This document shows positions 1 through 11,217 of a DNA stretch of 64,000 nt, piece after piece. The translations under genes and the position numbers were made by a program. How positions within the stretch are numbered: position 1 is the stretch's first letter; each line of letters opens with the position of its first letter. Origin of the DNA: Pseudomonadales bacterium (lineage in GTDB: Bacteria > Pseudomonadota > Gammaproteobacteria > Pseudomonadales > Azotimanducaceae). The stretch spans positions 121,333 through 185,332 of the forward strand of contig OZ253950.1 of assembly GCA_965267275.1 (NCBI GenBank), read 5' to 3'. Under the pieces are notes generated by a model. The model was not told the origin of the DNA, searched no databases, and saw nothing but the letters and a program-made list of their open reading frames with translations.

Positions 1-30
1 AGGTCAGCCAGGGCCACGGGCAGTAAATTG

Positions 31-399
31 ATGAGCGATATCGAGGTTAAAGTAGCGACACAGTATCTGGAGCAGCAGTCGGAGCCGGAGGCCGAACGCT
101 ACGTATTTGCTTACACGATACGCATTATCAATCGCGGCAGCGAGACGAGTCAGTTGCGCAACCGCCACTGGGTCATTACAGATGCACGCGGTGAAGTGGA
201 GGAGGTGCGTGGCGCGGGTGTCGTCGGCCAGGAACCGATACTGGAACCCGGCGCGTCATTCGAGTACACGAGCGGCGCCATATTGAAGACGCCGGTCGGC
301 GCGATGCAGGGCTCGTACGAGTTCGAAGGTAGTGACGGCCGGCGTTTCGACGTGCCGATCCAACCGTTCTCGCTCTCCATACCTAAGCTTGTCCACTGA
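31..399 (+). CDS. apaG: ApaG protein
   Basis: YVFAYTIRI, QLRNRHWVITDA, VRGAGVVGQEP and MQGSYEF motifs; abuts apaH. ATG at 31 preferred over TTG at 28. Confidence 0.95.
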   Translation: MSDIEVKVATQYLEQQSEPEAERYVFAYTIRIINRGSETSQLRNRHWVITDARGEVEEVRGAGVVGQEPILEPGASFEYTSGAILKTPVGAMQGSYEFEGSDGRRFDVPIQPFSLSIPKLVH

Positions 400-1224
400 A
401 TGGCAACCTACGCGATAGGCGATCTGCAAGGATGCGCTGCAGAATTTGAGCTGTTGCTCGAGCGTATCGACTTCGGCTCTGGAGACGAGCTGTGGCTGTT
501 GGGCGATCTCGTCAATCGTGGGCCGGACTCGCTCGGGGTGATACGCCGCGTTATGGCCATGCGGGAACAATGCCGCATAGTGCTCGGCAACCACGATCTC
601 CACTATCTTGCGATCGTTTTTGGCGGCCACAGCCCGGGACGCAGCGATACGTTTGATGAAATGTTAGCGGCTGCCGACGCCGAAGAGATTGCGCACTGGC
701 TGCGCGGCTGCAAGATGCTGCATCGCGATACGGCCAAGGGTTATGTGATGACCCATGCCGGTCTGCCCCATATCTGGAATATCGACCAGGCGCAGAGCCT
801 CGCATATGAGGTCGAAGCAGTTCTCGCGGGGGAGCATCCCAAAGTCGGCTACAAAAAATATTTTCGCGAGATGTACGGCAACGAACCCAATCTCTGGGAC
901 GACGGCCTCAAAGGCATGGCCAGGCTGCGGGCTATAACAAACTATTTAACGCGAATGCGGCTGATCGATGAGCGCGGCACCTTGGACTTTGCGCACAAAG
1001 GTGCTTTGGCTGATGCGCCGCCTGGCTGGCTGCCCTGGTTTGAGCTTGTCGAGCCTGCCGCTTATCCGGAAAAACTGCTCTTTGGTCATTGGGCCGCGCT
1101 CGATGGTCACACGGGTCGGGAGCACGTCATCGGGCTGGACACCGGCTGTGTCTGGGGCCGGGAATTGACCGCTCTGCATCTGGAAACAGGCAGAAAAATA
1201 TCCGTGAAAGCCAGCTCTGAATAG
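400..1224 (+). CDS. apaH: Symmetrical bis(5'-nucleosyl)-tetraphosphatase
   Basis: Metallophosphoesterase motifs IGDLQG, GDLVNRG, GNHD, HAG, FGHWAAL, LDTGCVWG. Confidence 0.95.
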   Translation: MATYAIGDLQGCAAEFELLLERIDFGSGDELWLLGDLVNRGPDSLGVIRRVMAMREQCRIVLGNHDLHYLAIVFGGHSPGRSDTFDEMLAAADAEEIAHWLRGCKMLHRDTAKGYVMTHAGLPHIWNIDQAQSLAYEVEAVLAGEHPKVGYKKYFREMYGNEPNLWDDGLKGMARLRAITNYLTRMRLIDERGTLDFAHKGALADAPPGWLPWFELVEPAAYPEKLLFGHWAALDGHTGREHVIGLDTGCVWGRELTALHLETGRKISVKASSE

Positions 1225-1573
1225 GGTTTGCGGCCTATCTGCAAACTTATTGACCGATTTCTCACGTCTAACAAACCAACAAAACATATCCACTTATCGT
1301 CCCTGCTGTTGTCCAAGTTGTCAGGTACGCAATACGGGCTACGCTTAATGTAAGAGGAAAGAGATGCACTCCTCTGCAGCGTAAATGCGAAGCGCGTCAC
1401 AGTAGGACATATGCTGTCTGCTACGGTGAAGCCCAGTGCAGTACCCGCGTGGATTGCCAGCAGCATCAGCAACCCACGCCCGTAAACCCAGCCTGAGAGA
1501 TCTCAGGTATATCGGCTTAGCGGGCAGGATCGATGTAATAGCGCCGCTAGGCCAAGCGAAGGAGAGTTTGGCT

Positions 1574-3496
1574 ATGGGCGTATTTGAACACTTCCAGGAG
1601 CGTTACGACGCGGTTCAGCAGGAAGAGATGTCTCTCGATGACTATCTCGTGCTCTGCAAAGAAAATCCCAAAACGTATGCAACGGCGGCGGAACGACTGC
1701 TCATGGCCATCGGCGAGCCTGAGTTTGTCGACACGTCCAAGGACGCGCGGCTGTCGCGGATTTTTTCCAACAAGATCATCAAGCGTTACCCGGCATTCGA
1801 CGAGTTCTACGGCATGGAGGACGCCATCGAGCAGATCGTGTCGTTCTTCCGCCATGCCGCGCAGGGTCTCGAGGAACGCAAGCAGATACTTTATCTGCTC
1901 GGTCCGGTGGGCGGCGGTAAGTCCTCCCTGGCCGAGCGGCTGAAGGCGCTGATGCACCGAGAGCCGTTCTACGCGCTCAAAGGCTCGCCGGTCAACGAAA
2001 GCCCGCTCGGGCTGTTCGATCCCGCGGAGGACAGCCGCATTCTCGAAGATGAATACGGCATTCCGCGACGTTACCTGTCGGGCATCATGTCACCTTGGGC
2101 GGCCAAGCGGCTCAAGGAGTTCGGCGGCGACATCTCCCAGTTCCGGGTCGTCAAGCTTTACCCGTCCACGCTCGACCAGATCGCAGTGGCGAAGACCGAA
2201 CCCGGTGACGAGAACAATCAGGACATATCAGCGCTGGTGGGTAAGGTCGACATCCGCAGGCTCGAAGACTTCGCGCAGAACGATCCCGATGCTTACAGTT
2301 TCTCCGGCGGTCTGTGTAAAGCGAACCAGGGTTTGCTCGAGTTCGTCGAAATGTTCAAAGCACCGATAAAGGTGCTGCATCCGCTGTTGACCGCTACCCA
2401 GGAAGGTAACTTCAACGGCACCGAGGCCATAGGCGCCATACCCTTTGACGGGGTTGTGCTTGCGCACTCCAACGAATCCGAATGGCAGAACTTCCGCAAC
2501 AATAAAAACAACGAAGCGTTCATCGACCGCGTTTACATCGTCAAAGTGCCCTACTGCCTGCGCGTTTCGGAAGAAATGAAGATCTACGAGAAGCTGGTCG
2601 CGGAGAGCTCCCTGCGCGAAGCGCCGTGCGCCCCGGATACGCTCAAGATGCTGGCCCAGTTTTCGGTTCTATCGCGCTTGCAGGCACCGGAAAACTCCAA
2701 CGTCTTCTCCAAGATGAAGGTCTACGACGGCCAGAACCTCAAAGATACGGACCCGAAAGCGAAGACCATGCAGGAGTATCGCGATACCGCGGGTGTCGAT
2801 GAAGGCATGGACGGTCTGTCGACGCGCTTTGCGTTCAAGATCCTGTCGCGGGTGTTCAACTTCGACCCGACCGAAGTAGCGGCCAACCCGGTACATCTGA
2901 TGTACGTCCTCGAGCAGCAGATCGAGCGGGAGAACTATCCCCAGGAAGTGCGCGAACGTTATCTCGGCTATATCAAGGAGTACCTCTCGGCCAAGTATGT
3001 GGACTTCATCGGCAAGGAGATCCAGACGGCTTATCTCGAGTCTTACTCCGAGTATGGCCAGAACATCTTCGACCGCTACGTCACGTACGCGGATTTCTGG
3101 ATACAGGATCAGGAGTACCGGGATCCGGAAACCGGCGACATCCTCGATCGCGCTTCGCTGAACGAAGAGCTCGAGAAAATCGAAAAGCCCGCCGGGATCA
3201 GCAACCCCAAGGACTTCCGCAACGAAATCGTCAATTTCGTGCTGCGCGCGCGGGCCAACAACAGTGGCGACAATCCTTCCTGGCAGAGCTACGAAAAGCT
3301 GCGCACGGTGATCGAGAAGAAGATGTTCTCCAACACCGAGGATCTGCTGCCAGTGATCTCTTTCAATACGAAGGCGAGCACGGAAGAGCAGAAGAAGCAC
3401 GACGACTTCGTCGCGCGCATGGTCGATCGGGGGTATACCGAGAAGCAGGTGCGGCTGTTGTCCGAGTGGTACATGCGGGTACGCAAGTCACAGTAA
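1574..3496 (+). CDS. yeaG: PrkA/YeaG family AAA+ serine kinase
   Basis: Walker [30 protein letters not shown]-terminus. ATG at 1574 has GGAG at 1561-1564; the ORF-track extension from 1436 is unlikely to be coding. Confidence 0.93.
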   Translation: MGVFEHFQERYDAVQQEEMSLDDYLVLCKENPKTYATAAERLLMAIGEPEFVDTSKDARLSRIFSNKIIKRYPAFDEFYGMEDAIEQIVSFFRHAAQGLEERKQILYLLGPVGGGKSSLAERLKALMHREPFYALKGSPVNESPLGLFDPAEDSRILEDEYGIPRRYLSGIMSPWAAKRLKEFGGDISQFRVVKLYPSTLDQIAVAKTEPGDENNQDISALVGKVDIRRLEDFAQNDPDAYSFSGGLCKANQGLLEFVEMFKAPIKVLHPLLTATQEGNFNGTEAIGAIPFDGVVLAHSNESEWQNFRNNKNNEAFIDRVYIVKVPYCLRVSEEMKIYEKLVAESSLREAPCAPDTLKMLAQFSVLSRLQAPENSNVFSKMKVYDGQNLKDTDPKAKTMQEYRDTAGVDEGMDGLSTRFAFKILSRVFNFDPTEVAANPVHLMYVLEQQIERENYPQEVRERYLGYIKEYLSAKYVDFIGKEIQTAYLESYSEYGQNIFDRYVTYADFWIQDQEYRDPETGDILDRASLNEELEKIEKPAGISNPKDFRNEIVNFVLRARANNSGDNPSWQSYEKLRTVIEKKMFSNTEDLLPVISFNTKASTEEQKKHDDFVARMVDRGYTEKQVRLLSEWYMRVRKSQ

Positions 3497-3521
3497 ACGA
3501 CAATTACCACAGGCCAACGCC

Positions 3522-4790
3522 ATGTCTTATCTGATAGACCGCCGCGAGAACGCCAAACACAAGAATATGGTGAACCGCCGGCGTTTCATGGAGCGCTACA
3601 AGAAACACATCAAGCGCGCGGTGGAGAAAGCGGTCGACAACCGCAGCATCACCGATATGGAGCGCGGCGAAGACGTTGCGATCCCGGCCGGGGATGTATC
3701 CGAGCCCGTCTTCCATCACGGCAACGGCGGTGAGCGCACCGTCGTGCACCCCGGCAACCGCGAGTTCGTCGCGGGTGACCGTGTGCCGCGGCCGCAAGGC
3801 GGACAGGGTGGTGGCGCCGGTGACGGGGAAGCCTCCGATCAGGGTGAGGGTGAAGACGATTTCGTTTTCCAGCTCACTTCGGACGAATTCATGGAGGTGC
3901 TGTTCGAAGATCTCGAACTGCCCAATATGAGCAAGCGCCACCTCAAGGGCACGTCCAGCTTCAAATACGAGCATGCGGGCTACAGCGCTGACGGCACGCC
4001 GGCAAAGCTCTCCGTGCAGCGCACGATGCGGGCCTCGAAGATGCGCCACATCGCGCTGAATTCGCGACGTAAGCGCGAACGTGCTGCCCTGCAGGAAGCG
4101 TTGCTGGCAGCGCAGCACGCCGGCGATGAGCTCACGCTTCGACGCATCGGCAAAGCGCTCGAAGAGCTCGAGAAGGGCATCAAGAAGGTCGCGTTCCTCG
4201 ATGACACGGATCTGCGTTACAACCTGCATGTGCAGAAGCCCGTGCCGACGTCGCAGGCGGTGATGTTCTGTCTGATGGACGTGTCCGGCTCGATGGACCA
4301 GGCCATCAAAGACATGGCCAAACGTTTCTATCTCCTGCTTTATCTGTTTCTCAAGCGTCACTACGACCGCACGGAGCTGGTCTTCATTCGCCACCACACG
4401 GTGGCCAAGGAAGTGGACGAGCAGGAGTTTTTTTACTCGAAAGAGACCGGCGGCACGGTTGTCTCGAGCGCTCTGAAGCTCATGCACGAGATCATCGAAG
4501 ACCGTTATTCACCCGACGAGTGGAATATCTATGGCGCGCAGGCGTCGGATGGCGACAACTGGAACGACGACTCGCCGGTGTGCAGCAAGCTGCTGGCGGA
4601 GTCGATCCTGCCGCAGGTGCAGTACTTTGCCTACGTCGAAATCACCAAGCGCCATCACCAGGCGCTATGGGAAGAGTATGCGAAGCTCGAGGCGGCGCAT
4701 CCGGACGTGTTCGCCCAGCAGCACATCCGTTCTGTGGGAGACATTTACCCCGTTTTCCGTGAGCTGTTCGCCAAGAGGAGTGCCGCTTAG
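3522..4790 (+). CDS. yeaH: YeaH/YhbH family (DUF444) vWA-like protein
   Basis: [16 protein letters not shown]-terminus, [17 protein letters not shown]; follows yeaG. Confidence 0.92.
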   Translation: MSYLIDRRENAKHKNMVNRRRFMERYKKHIKRAVEKAVDNRSITDMERGEDVAIPAGDVSEPVFHHGNGGERTVVHPGNREFVAGDRVPRPQGGQGGGAGDGEASDQGEGEDDFVFQLTSDEFMEVLFEDLELPNMSKRHLKGTSSFKYEHAGYSADGTPAKLSVQRTMRASKMRHIALNSRRKRERAALQEALLAAQHAGDELTLRRIGKALEELEKGIKKVAFLDDTDLRYNLHVQKPVPTSQAVMFCLMDVSGSMDQAIKDMAKRFYLLLYLFLKRHYDRTELVFIRHHTVAKEVDEQEFFYSKETGGTVVSSALKLMHEIIEDRYSPDEWNIYGAQASDGDNWNDDSPVCSKLLAESILPQVQYFAYVEITKRHHQALWEEYAKLEAAHPDVFAQQHIRSVGDIYPVFRELFAKRSAA

Positions 4791-6311
4791 ATGAGTCACC
4801 TCGCGCACACATCCAGACGAGAACCCATTTCCACGGGAAGTGAGTGGACGTTCGATCTGATCGAGGCGTACGACCGGGAAATCGGCGCGATTGCTGAAGA
4901 GTACGGTCTCGACACATATGCCAATCAGATTGAGGTCATTCGCTCGGAGCAGATGCTCGATGCGTATGCGTCCGTGGGCATGCCTATTGGCTACCATCAC
5001 TGGTCGTTCGGCAAACACTTCGTCGAAGCCGAGCAAAACTATCAGCGTGGCTACATGGGGCTCGCCTACGAGATCGTCATCAACTCGGACCCGTGTATCG
5101 CTTACCTCATGGAAGAGAACACCATGACCATGCAGGCGCTCGTCATTGCGCACGCCTGCTACGGGCACAACTCGTTCTTCAAGGGGAACTATCTCTTCCG
5201 CACCTGGACTGATGCGACCTCTATCATCGATTACCTGGTATTTGCGAAACAGTACATCACGCGCTGTGAAGAGCGGTATGGCGTGCGGGCGGTAGAGGAG
5301 GTGCTGGATTCCTGCCATGCCCTCATGAATTACGGCGTGGATCGCTACAAGCGTCCCTACCCGATCAGCGCCGAGGAAGAGCGCCGCCTGCAGCGCGAAC
5401 GCGAGGAGTACATACAGCGTAACCTCAACGATCTGTGGCGCACCTTGCCCAAGGCGCGCGAGATCGACGCGCGGGAAGAAGAGAAATTCCCGGCCGAGCC
5501 GCAGGAGAACCTGCTTTATTTCATCGAGAAGAATGCGCCGTTGCTGGAGCCCTGGCAGCGGGAGATCGTGCGTATCGTGCGCAAGTTGGCCCAGTACTTT
5601 TACCCGCAACGTCAGACGCAGGTCATGAACGAAGGCTGGGCGAGCTTCTGGCACTACACGCTGCTCAATACCCTCTATGATCGCGGTCTCGTCACCGATG
5701 GTTTCATGATGGAGTTTCTGACATCGCACACCTCGGTGCTGACGCAGCTGCCGTTCGATCATCCGGGCTACAACGGCATCAATCCGTACGCGCTCGGCTT
5801 CGCCATCTACAGCGATTTGCGCCGCATGTGCGAGAACCCGACGGAAGAGGACAAGCGCTGGTTTCCGGACATCGCCGGCGGCAACTGGCTGGAGGTCCTG
5901 CATGTGGCGATGCGTGATTTCAAAGACGAAAGCTTCGTGCTGCAGTTTCTCTCGCCGCAGGTGATGCGCGACATGAAGCTCTTCGGCGTTGTCGACAACG
6001 ACCAGGAAGAAAACTACCTCATAAGCGCCATTCACGATGAAGACGGTTACCGCGAAGTGCGAGATCTGTTGTCCAGTCAGTACAACATCGGTGACAAAGA
6101 GCCCAACATCCAGGCGGTAAACGTGGATCTGCGCGGTGATCGCAGCCTCACGCTGCAGCACAATCAGTTTGCCCGCAAACCCATGGGTGCGAGTACCGAC
6201 GAGGTGCTGAAGCACGTTTATCGCCTGTGGAAGTTTCCGGTACAGCTCGAGTCCGTGTGGCAGGGGGAAGTGACGGATACGTTTGCCGTGCCCAAGCCCG
6301 GCGGAGAGTGA
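4791..6311 (+). CDS. ycgB: SpoVR/YcgB family protein
   Basis: HWSFGK, LAYEIVINS, HACYGHNSFFK, QVMNEGWASFWHY; third gene of the yeaG-yeaH-ycgB operon. Confidence 0.92.
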   Translation: MSHLAHTSRREPISTGSEWTFDLIEAYDREIGAIAEEYGLDTYANQIEVIRSEQMLDAYASVGMPIGYHHWSFGKHFVEAEQNYQRGYMGLAYEIVINSDPCIAYLMEENTMTMQALVIAHACYGHNSFFKGNYLFRTWTDATSIIDYLVFAKQYITRCEERYGVRAVEEVLDSCHALMNYGVDRYKRPYPISAEEERRLQREREEYIQRNLNDLWRTLPKAREIDAREEEKFPAEPQENLLYFIEKNAPLLEPWQREIVRIVRKLAQYFYPQRQTQVMNEGWASFWHYTLLNTLYDRGLVTDGFMMEFLTSHTSVLTQLPFDHPGYNGINPYALGFAIYSDLRRMCENPTEEDKRWFPDIAGGNWLEVLHVAMRDFKDESFVLQFLSPQVMRDMKLFGVVDNDQEENYLISAIHDEDGYREVRDLLSSQYNIGDKEPNIQAVNVDLRGDRSLTLQHNQFARKPMGASTDEVLKHVYRLWKFPVQLESVWQGEVTDTFAVPKPGGE

Positions 6312-6380
6312 TCGCGCCGGCGTGACTGGCGCGCTGCGGCGCTTGCCCCGCGGGGGCGGCGCGCCCTAATCTTCCGCCTC

Positions 6381-7445
6381 ATGAAAGACATTGCGGACAC
6401 GCTGGATGCCTACCTCGTTGGCGGTGCGGTGCGAGATCGCCTGCTTGGTCGTGAGATCGGAGACCGGGACTGGGTGGTGGTCGGCAGCACCGTCGAAGAG
6501 ATGCTGCGGCTGGGCTTTCAGCAGGTTGGCCGCGATTTTCCTGTGTTTCTGCATCCCGAGACGCGCGACGAGTATGCGCTGGCGCGCACCGAGCGCAAGC
6601 ACGGCTCGGGACATACCGGCTTTGTGGTGCACGCGGCGGCGGACGTCACGTTGGAAGCGGACCTCGAGCGCCGCGACCTCACCATCAATGCCATGGCCGA
6701 GACGCGCGATGGCGTGCTGGTCGATCCGTATGGCGGCCAGGCCGATCTCGAGGCTCGCCAACTGCGTCACGTCTCCGCTGCTTTTGCCGAGGACCCGCTC
6801 AGGGTCTTGCGGGTAGCGCGGTTTGCCGCCGAGTTGCCCGGGTTCGAGGTGGCGCCGGAAACGGCGACGCTCTTGAGCCGCATGTGTGATGCTGGTGCGC
6901 TCGCTGAGCTGTCCGCGGAGCGGGTCTGGCATGAGCTCCACAAGGCGCTTGCGGCGCCCGCGCCGCAGCGCTTTTTCACGGTTCTGGAAGGTTGTCGCGG
7001 CCTGGCGCCCTGGTTGGCGGAGCTCGAGGGGCAGGCGCTGGAGTTCACTGTCGGTGATGCGCGGGATCGATTTGTCGATCTGCCCTTGCCGCTGGATGGG
7101 CTCATGATACTGGGTGAACGTATCAAAGCGCCGAAGGACTATCTGGAAGCAGCCAGGGATTGGCGGTTATGGGGCGATCTCGTTGCCCGGGCGCGCACCG
7201 CGGGTGCTGCGGAGGTCATTGAAGCGCTGTCCGATATGCGCGCACATCACGATAACCGAAGGCTGGCGTTTGTCGTCAGCCATCTGGCATCGTCGCGCAA
7301 CTCGCAGGAGGACTGGCTGCTTGCCGCCGCGGCTGACCTCAAGGCGGTGGCGGTGCCTGGTAACGTTGCGCCTGGACCTGCCTACGGGGCTGCGCTCAGC
7401 GCCGCGCGTGCAGAGCGGCTCGAGAGGCTGCGCGCGGATCTCTAG
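6381..7445 (+). CDS. cca: CCA-adding tRNA nucleotidyltransferase (short form, no recognisable HD domain)
   Basis: [58 protein letters not shown]. Confidence 0.9.
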   Translation: MKDIADTLDAYLVGGAVRDRLLGREIGDRDWVVVGSTVEEMLRLGFQQVGRDFPVFLHPETRDEYALARTERKHGSGHTGFVVHAAADVTLEADLERRDLTINAMAETRDGVLVDPYGGQADLEARQLRHVSAAFAEDPLRVLRVARFAAELPGFEVAPETATLLSRMCDAGALAELSAERVWHELHKALAAPAPQRFFTVLEGCRGLAPWLAELEGQALEFTVGDARDRFVDLPLPLDGLMILGERIKAPKDYLEAARDWRLWGDLVARARTAGAAEVIEALSDMRAHHDNRRLAFVVSHLASSRNSQEDWLLAAAADLKAVAVPGNVAPGPAYGAALSAARAERLERLRADL

Positions 7446-7463
7446 GCCTCGTACCCGTACCGG

Positions 7464-7823
7464 CTAGGTTGATCGCTCCCGATAAATCGACACGCCGACG
7501 GCGTCTGCGGCCGCGAGCGCTTCGGGTTTGCTGACCTCCACCGTAACGCCGCGGACGCGCTGATCGGCCAGTGCGAGACCCGCGATGTCCTCAGCGAGCG
7601 TCTCGACCAGCAGATGCGCTGCGTCCTCAGTCAGGCGGGTGATGGCCTCGGCGAGCGCCGCATAATCGATCGTGTCGGCCAGCGCCCTGCTTGCGGCTGC
7701 GGATCGGGTGTCCGTATCCAGCGTCACATTGACCCGCACAGTCTGGGGCGTCGTCCGCTCCTCGGGCAGAACGCCCAGAATTGCGTGGATCTCGAGATTA
7801 CGAATGAAAATCTGATCAGGCAT
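7464..7823 (-). CDS. folB: Dihydroneopterin aldolase
   Basis: [48 protein letters not shown]; start overlaps the tsaD stop. Confidence 0.9.
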   Translation of the reverse strand: MPDQIFIRNLEIHAILGVLPEERTTPQTVRVNVTLDTDTRSAAASRALADTIDYAALAEAITRLTEDAAHLLVETLAEDIAGLALADQRVRGVTVEVSKPEALAAADAVGVSIYRERST

Positions 7824-8835
7824 GGCGCATCGGCGGCAGGTCGAACATCGGCCAGCGCGGCCGCGGATGTATACCCAGCGGCGCGCGCTCGCCGGCCTGC
7901 AGGCGCAGCGCGCCGGCGTAAGCAATCATGGCGCCATTGTCGGTGCACAAATTCTGCGGTGCATAGTGCACGCGGGCGGTGAGCCCCTGCTCGAGTCTGG
8001 CGCGCAGCGCCTGATTGGCGCTGACGCCGCCGGCCATCACCAGATCGCTGACCCCTGTCTGTTCCAGCGCGCGCCGGCATTTGATGAAAAGCGTGTCCAC
8101 CACGGCGGCCTCGAATGCTGCGGAGATGTCGCAAATGTCGGTTTCGCTCAGCGGCGCATGCGCGTTGACCGTATTCAGCGTGAAGGTCTTCAGCCCGCTG
8201 AAGCTGAAATCGAGCCCCGGACGGTCCGTCATGGGCCGCGGGAAATCGAAGCGCTTGGGGTCACCGTCCAGCGCTTTGGCGGCAATAGCCGGGCCGCCGG
8301 GATAGCCGAGTGACATCATTTTCGCTGCTTTGTCGAACGCCTCGCCCGCAGCGTCGTCGACGGACTCGCCCAGAAGCTCGTACTGGCCGTAATCGGCAAC
8401 CAACACCAGCTGGGTATGCCCGCCGGAGACCAGCAGCGCGACAAACGGCAGCTCCGGAGCCTGGCCATCGGCCAGCAGCGGCGCGAGCAGGTGTGCCTCC
8501 ATATGGTGCACCTCGATGGCCGGGATGCCGAGAGACCAGGCGAGCGTGCGGCCGAAGGTTGCGCCGACGAGCAGAGCGCCCATCAGGCCGGGCCCCGCGG
8601 TATAGGCGACACCGTCGAGGTCGGACAGGCGCAAATCCGCGTCGGCCAGCACTTTCTCGGTCAGCGGCGTGATCTTGCGGATATGGTCCCGGGAGGCAAG
8701 CTCCGGGACGACACCGCCGTAGTCGGCATGCAGTTCGACCTGACTGTGCATCACTTCGGCGCGAATGCCCGCTGCGCTGTCATAGACGGCGAGGCCGGTT
8801 TCGTCGCACGATGTTTCTATACCGAGAATCAGCAT
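7816..8835 (-). CDS. tsaD: tRNA N6-threonylcarbamoyltransferase TsaD
   Basis: [53 protein letters not shown]; start at 8835 or 8844. Confidence 0.96.
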   Translation of the reverse strand: MLILGIETSCDETGLAVYDSAAGIRAEVMHSQVELHADYGGVVPELASRDHIRKITPLTEKVLADADLRLSDLDGVAYTAGPGLMGALLVGATFGRTLAWSLGIPAIEVHHMEAHLLAPLLADGQAPELPFVALLVSGGHTQLVLVADYGQYELLGESVDDAAGEAFDKAAKMMSLGYPGGPAIAAKALDGDPKRFDFPRPMTDRPGLDFSFSGLKTFTLNTVNAHAPLSETDICDISAAFEAAVVDTLFIKCRRALEQTGVSDLVMAGGVSANQALRARLEQGLTARVHYAPQNLCTDNGAMIAYAGALRLQAGERAPLGIHPRPRWPMFDLPPMRHA

Positions 8836-8911
8836 GGGGCGCATTCTAGGGAGCCCGGCCCTCGGGGGCAAAACCGTCCGTGCAGCGCCGCAAATCCGAG
8901 CTAGGCTTGAG

Positions 8912-8940
8912 TAGACGGATTTTGCTCCAATGTGTAGAAT
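8912..8940 (+). promoter_or_regulatory. Candidate sigma70 promoter for rpsU
   Basis: TAGACG (8912-8917), 17-nt spacer, TAGAAT (8935-8940), then GC-rich TCGCGCCC. Confidence 0.45.
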
Positions 8941-8970
8941 TCGCGCCCTATTTTTGAACTCAAGGCCAAA

Positions 8971-9186
8971 ATGCCGCACGTTAAAGTCCGAGAGAACGAA
9001 CCTTTTGATGTCGCTCTGCGTCGCTTCAAGCGCTCCTGCGAGAAAGCCGGTGTGTTGTCTGAGGTGCGCCGCCGTGAGTTCTACGAAAAGCCCACCGCAG
9101 TGCGTAAGCGTAAGGCCGCCGCTGCGGTCAAGCGCCACATGAAGAAGCTGCAGCGCGAAGCACGCAAGTACGAACGCGCGTTCTAG
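8971..9186 (+). CDS. rpsU: 30S ribosomal protein S21
   Basis: [27 protein letters not shown]...YEKPT. Confidence 0.98.
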   Translation: MPHVKVRENEPFDVALRRFKRSCEKAGVLSEVRRREFYEKPTAVRKRKAAAAVKRHMKKLQREARKYERAF

Positions 9187-9222
9187 GCGCGCGCGCCCTG
9201 CGGGCGTTTAGTCCAATTCCCC

Positions 9223-9669
9223 ATGTCTGAACTCAAAGACGCGATCGGCGAGGCGACCAAAACCGCCATGAAAGCCCGTGAGAAAGAGCGGGTGGCGGTG
9301 CTGCGCATGATCAACGCGGAAATCAAACGGGTCGAAGTCGACGAGCGGCGTGAACTTGCCGATGCGGACGTCAACGGCATCCTCACGAAAATGGTCAAGC
9401 AGCGGCAGGATGCGCTGTCACAGTTCGAGAAAGCTGAGCGCGCCGATCTTGCCGCGCAGGAAGCCTATGAGATAGGGGTGATACAGGCGTTTCTGCCTGA
9501 GCAGATGGATGCTGCTGAACTCGAAGCCCTGATCGACAAAGTCATCGCGGACACCGGCGCCCAGGGCATGCCGGACATGGGCAAAGTGATGGGGGCGGTC
9601 AAGGCGGCCGCAGCCGGTCAGGCGGATATGGGCCAGGCCAGCGCCCTGGTCAAAGCAAAGCTGCAGTAG
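9223..9669 (+). CDS. GatB/YqeY domain protein
   Basis: KTAMKAREK, KQRQDA..F, DMGKVMG; usual position after rpsU. Confidence 0.9.
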   Translation: MSELKDAIGEATKTAMKAREKERVAVLRMINAEIKRVEVDERRELADADVNGILTKMVKQRQDALSQFEKAERADLAAQEAYEIGVIQAFLPEQMDAAELEALIDKVIADTGAQGMPDMGKVMGAVKAAAAGQADMGQASALVKAKLQ

Positions 9670-9727
9670 TCCGATCAGTTTATAGCCAAGCACCGCATGT
9701 CTGCCGGGCTGATGGAAAGGAGTTCTA

Positions 9728-11134
9728 ATGGCGCATAATCTGATACCCGTCGTGTTGGCAGGTGGGGTGGGTAGCCGCCTCTGGCCAGTATCGCGCTCGT
9801 TTCTGCCGAAGCAATTTCACAAGCTGCTGGGCGATAAGTCTTTTCTGCAAGAGACCATTCTGCGCGCCGGTCGCGTCACGAAGTCCAGCCCGATTGTCGT
9901 CTGTAACGACGAGCATCGTTTCCTGGTCGCCGAGCAGTTTCGCGAAATCGGTGCAGCCTGGGATCAACTCATTCTCGAGCCGGAAGGCCGCAACAGCGCC
10001 CCGGCCATCGCATTGGCGGCCTGGCAGGCCGCGCGCCAGGACCCGGACGCCATCCTCCTCGTCTTGCCCTCCGATCATCTCGTGCGCGACGAGGCGGCCT
10101 TTGCCGAAGCGGTTGCGCAGGCGGCAGCAGGCGCTGCCCGGGGGTCCATGGTCACTTTTGGCGTCACCCCGGATCGTGCAGAGACGGGCTACGGATACAT
10201 AGAAATCTCCGACAGCAAAGGCGGATTACAGCCGGTGCTCTCGTTTGTCGAAAAGCCCGATGCGGCAACCGCGCAAACGTACGTGTCCTCTGGAAAGTAC
10301 ATGTGGAACAGCGGCATGTTCGTCTTCGGGGCGGCGGCCTATCTTGAGGAACTCGAGGCGCACAGCCCGGAAATGGCCAGGGCGACGCAGGCAGCAATCG
10401 CCAATGCGGAGCGCGACCTCGACTTCCTGCGACCTGGCAAAGAATTTCTGGATTCCCCGGCTGACTCCGTCGACTACGCCGTGATGGAAAAAACGGCGAA
10501 TGCCCAGGTGGTGCCGGTGGACTTCGGATGGAACGACATCGGTTCATGGGCGGCGATCTGGGATGAATCGCAGGTGGATGAAGATGGTAATCACATCGAA
10601 GGCGATGTGGTGACGGTGGATACCCGCAACTCCTATGTCAAAGCAGGCAGTCGCTTGATTGGTACCATCGGTGTTGATGATCTGGTCATCGTGGAAACGT
10701 CAGATGCGGTGATGGTTGCCGAACGCAGCCGCGTACAGGACGTCAAAAAGGTCGTAGAACGTCTGCAGGCCAGCGAGCGCAGCGAGCACCTTTACCACCG
10801 TGAAGTATTCCGGCCGTGGGGGAGTTACGAAGGGATTGCGGAAGGCCGTCGTTATCAGGTCAAGTGCATCAAGGTCAATCCCGGCGCCAGCCTCAGCCTG
10901 CAGCTGCATCACCATCGTTCGGAACACTGGATTGTGGTGCGAGGCACGGCCCGGGTAACGCTCGAAGACAGGGAATTCACGCTGGGTGAAAACGAGAGCA
11001 CCTATATACCGCGAGGCCACAAGCATCGCCTGCAGAATCCCGGGAAAATGGTACTCGAGCTGGTCGAAGTACAGGTCGGTCCCTATCTGGGCGAAGACGA
11101 CATCGAGCGTTTCGACGACGTCTACGGGCGTTGA
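9728..11134 (+). CDS. manC: Mannose-1-phosphate guanylyltransferase / mannose-6-phosphate isomerase
   Basis: LAGGVGSRLWPVSR..PKQF, EPEGRNSAPA, YMWNSGMF, GWNDIGSW, and C-terminal cupin RPWGSY, SLQLHHHRSEHW; AAGGAG RBS. Confidence 0.95.
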   Translation: MAHNLIPVVLAGGVGSRLWPVSRSFLPKQFHKLLGDKSFLQETILRAGRVTKSSPIVVCNDEHRFLVAEQFREIGAAWDQLILEPEGRNSAPAIALAAWQAARQDPDAILLVLPSDHLVRDEAAFAEAVAQAAAGAARGSMVTFGVTPDRAETGYGYIEISDSKGGLQPVLSFVEKPDAATAQTYVSSGKYMWNSGMFVFGAAAYLEELEAHSPEMARATQAAIANAERDLDFLRPGKEFLDSPADSVDYAVMEKTANAQVVPVDFGWNDIGSWAAIWDESQVDEDGNHIEGDVVTVDTRNSYVKAGSRLIGTIGVDDLVIVETSDAVMVAERSRVQDVKKVVERLQASERSEHLYHREVFRPWGSYEGIAEGRRYQVKCIKVNPGASLSLQLHHHRSEHWIVVRGTARVTLEDREFTLGENESTYIPRGHKHRLQNPGKMVLELVEVQVGPYLGEDDIERFDDVYGR

Positions 11135-11217
11135 CGGCACGAATAAAGCCAACGTTGATTTCGCAGGTCGAGTCTTGGTGGTAGGCTCGTCCCTTTCCCG
11201 ATGACCCTGGCAGGCTA

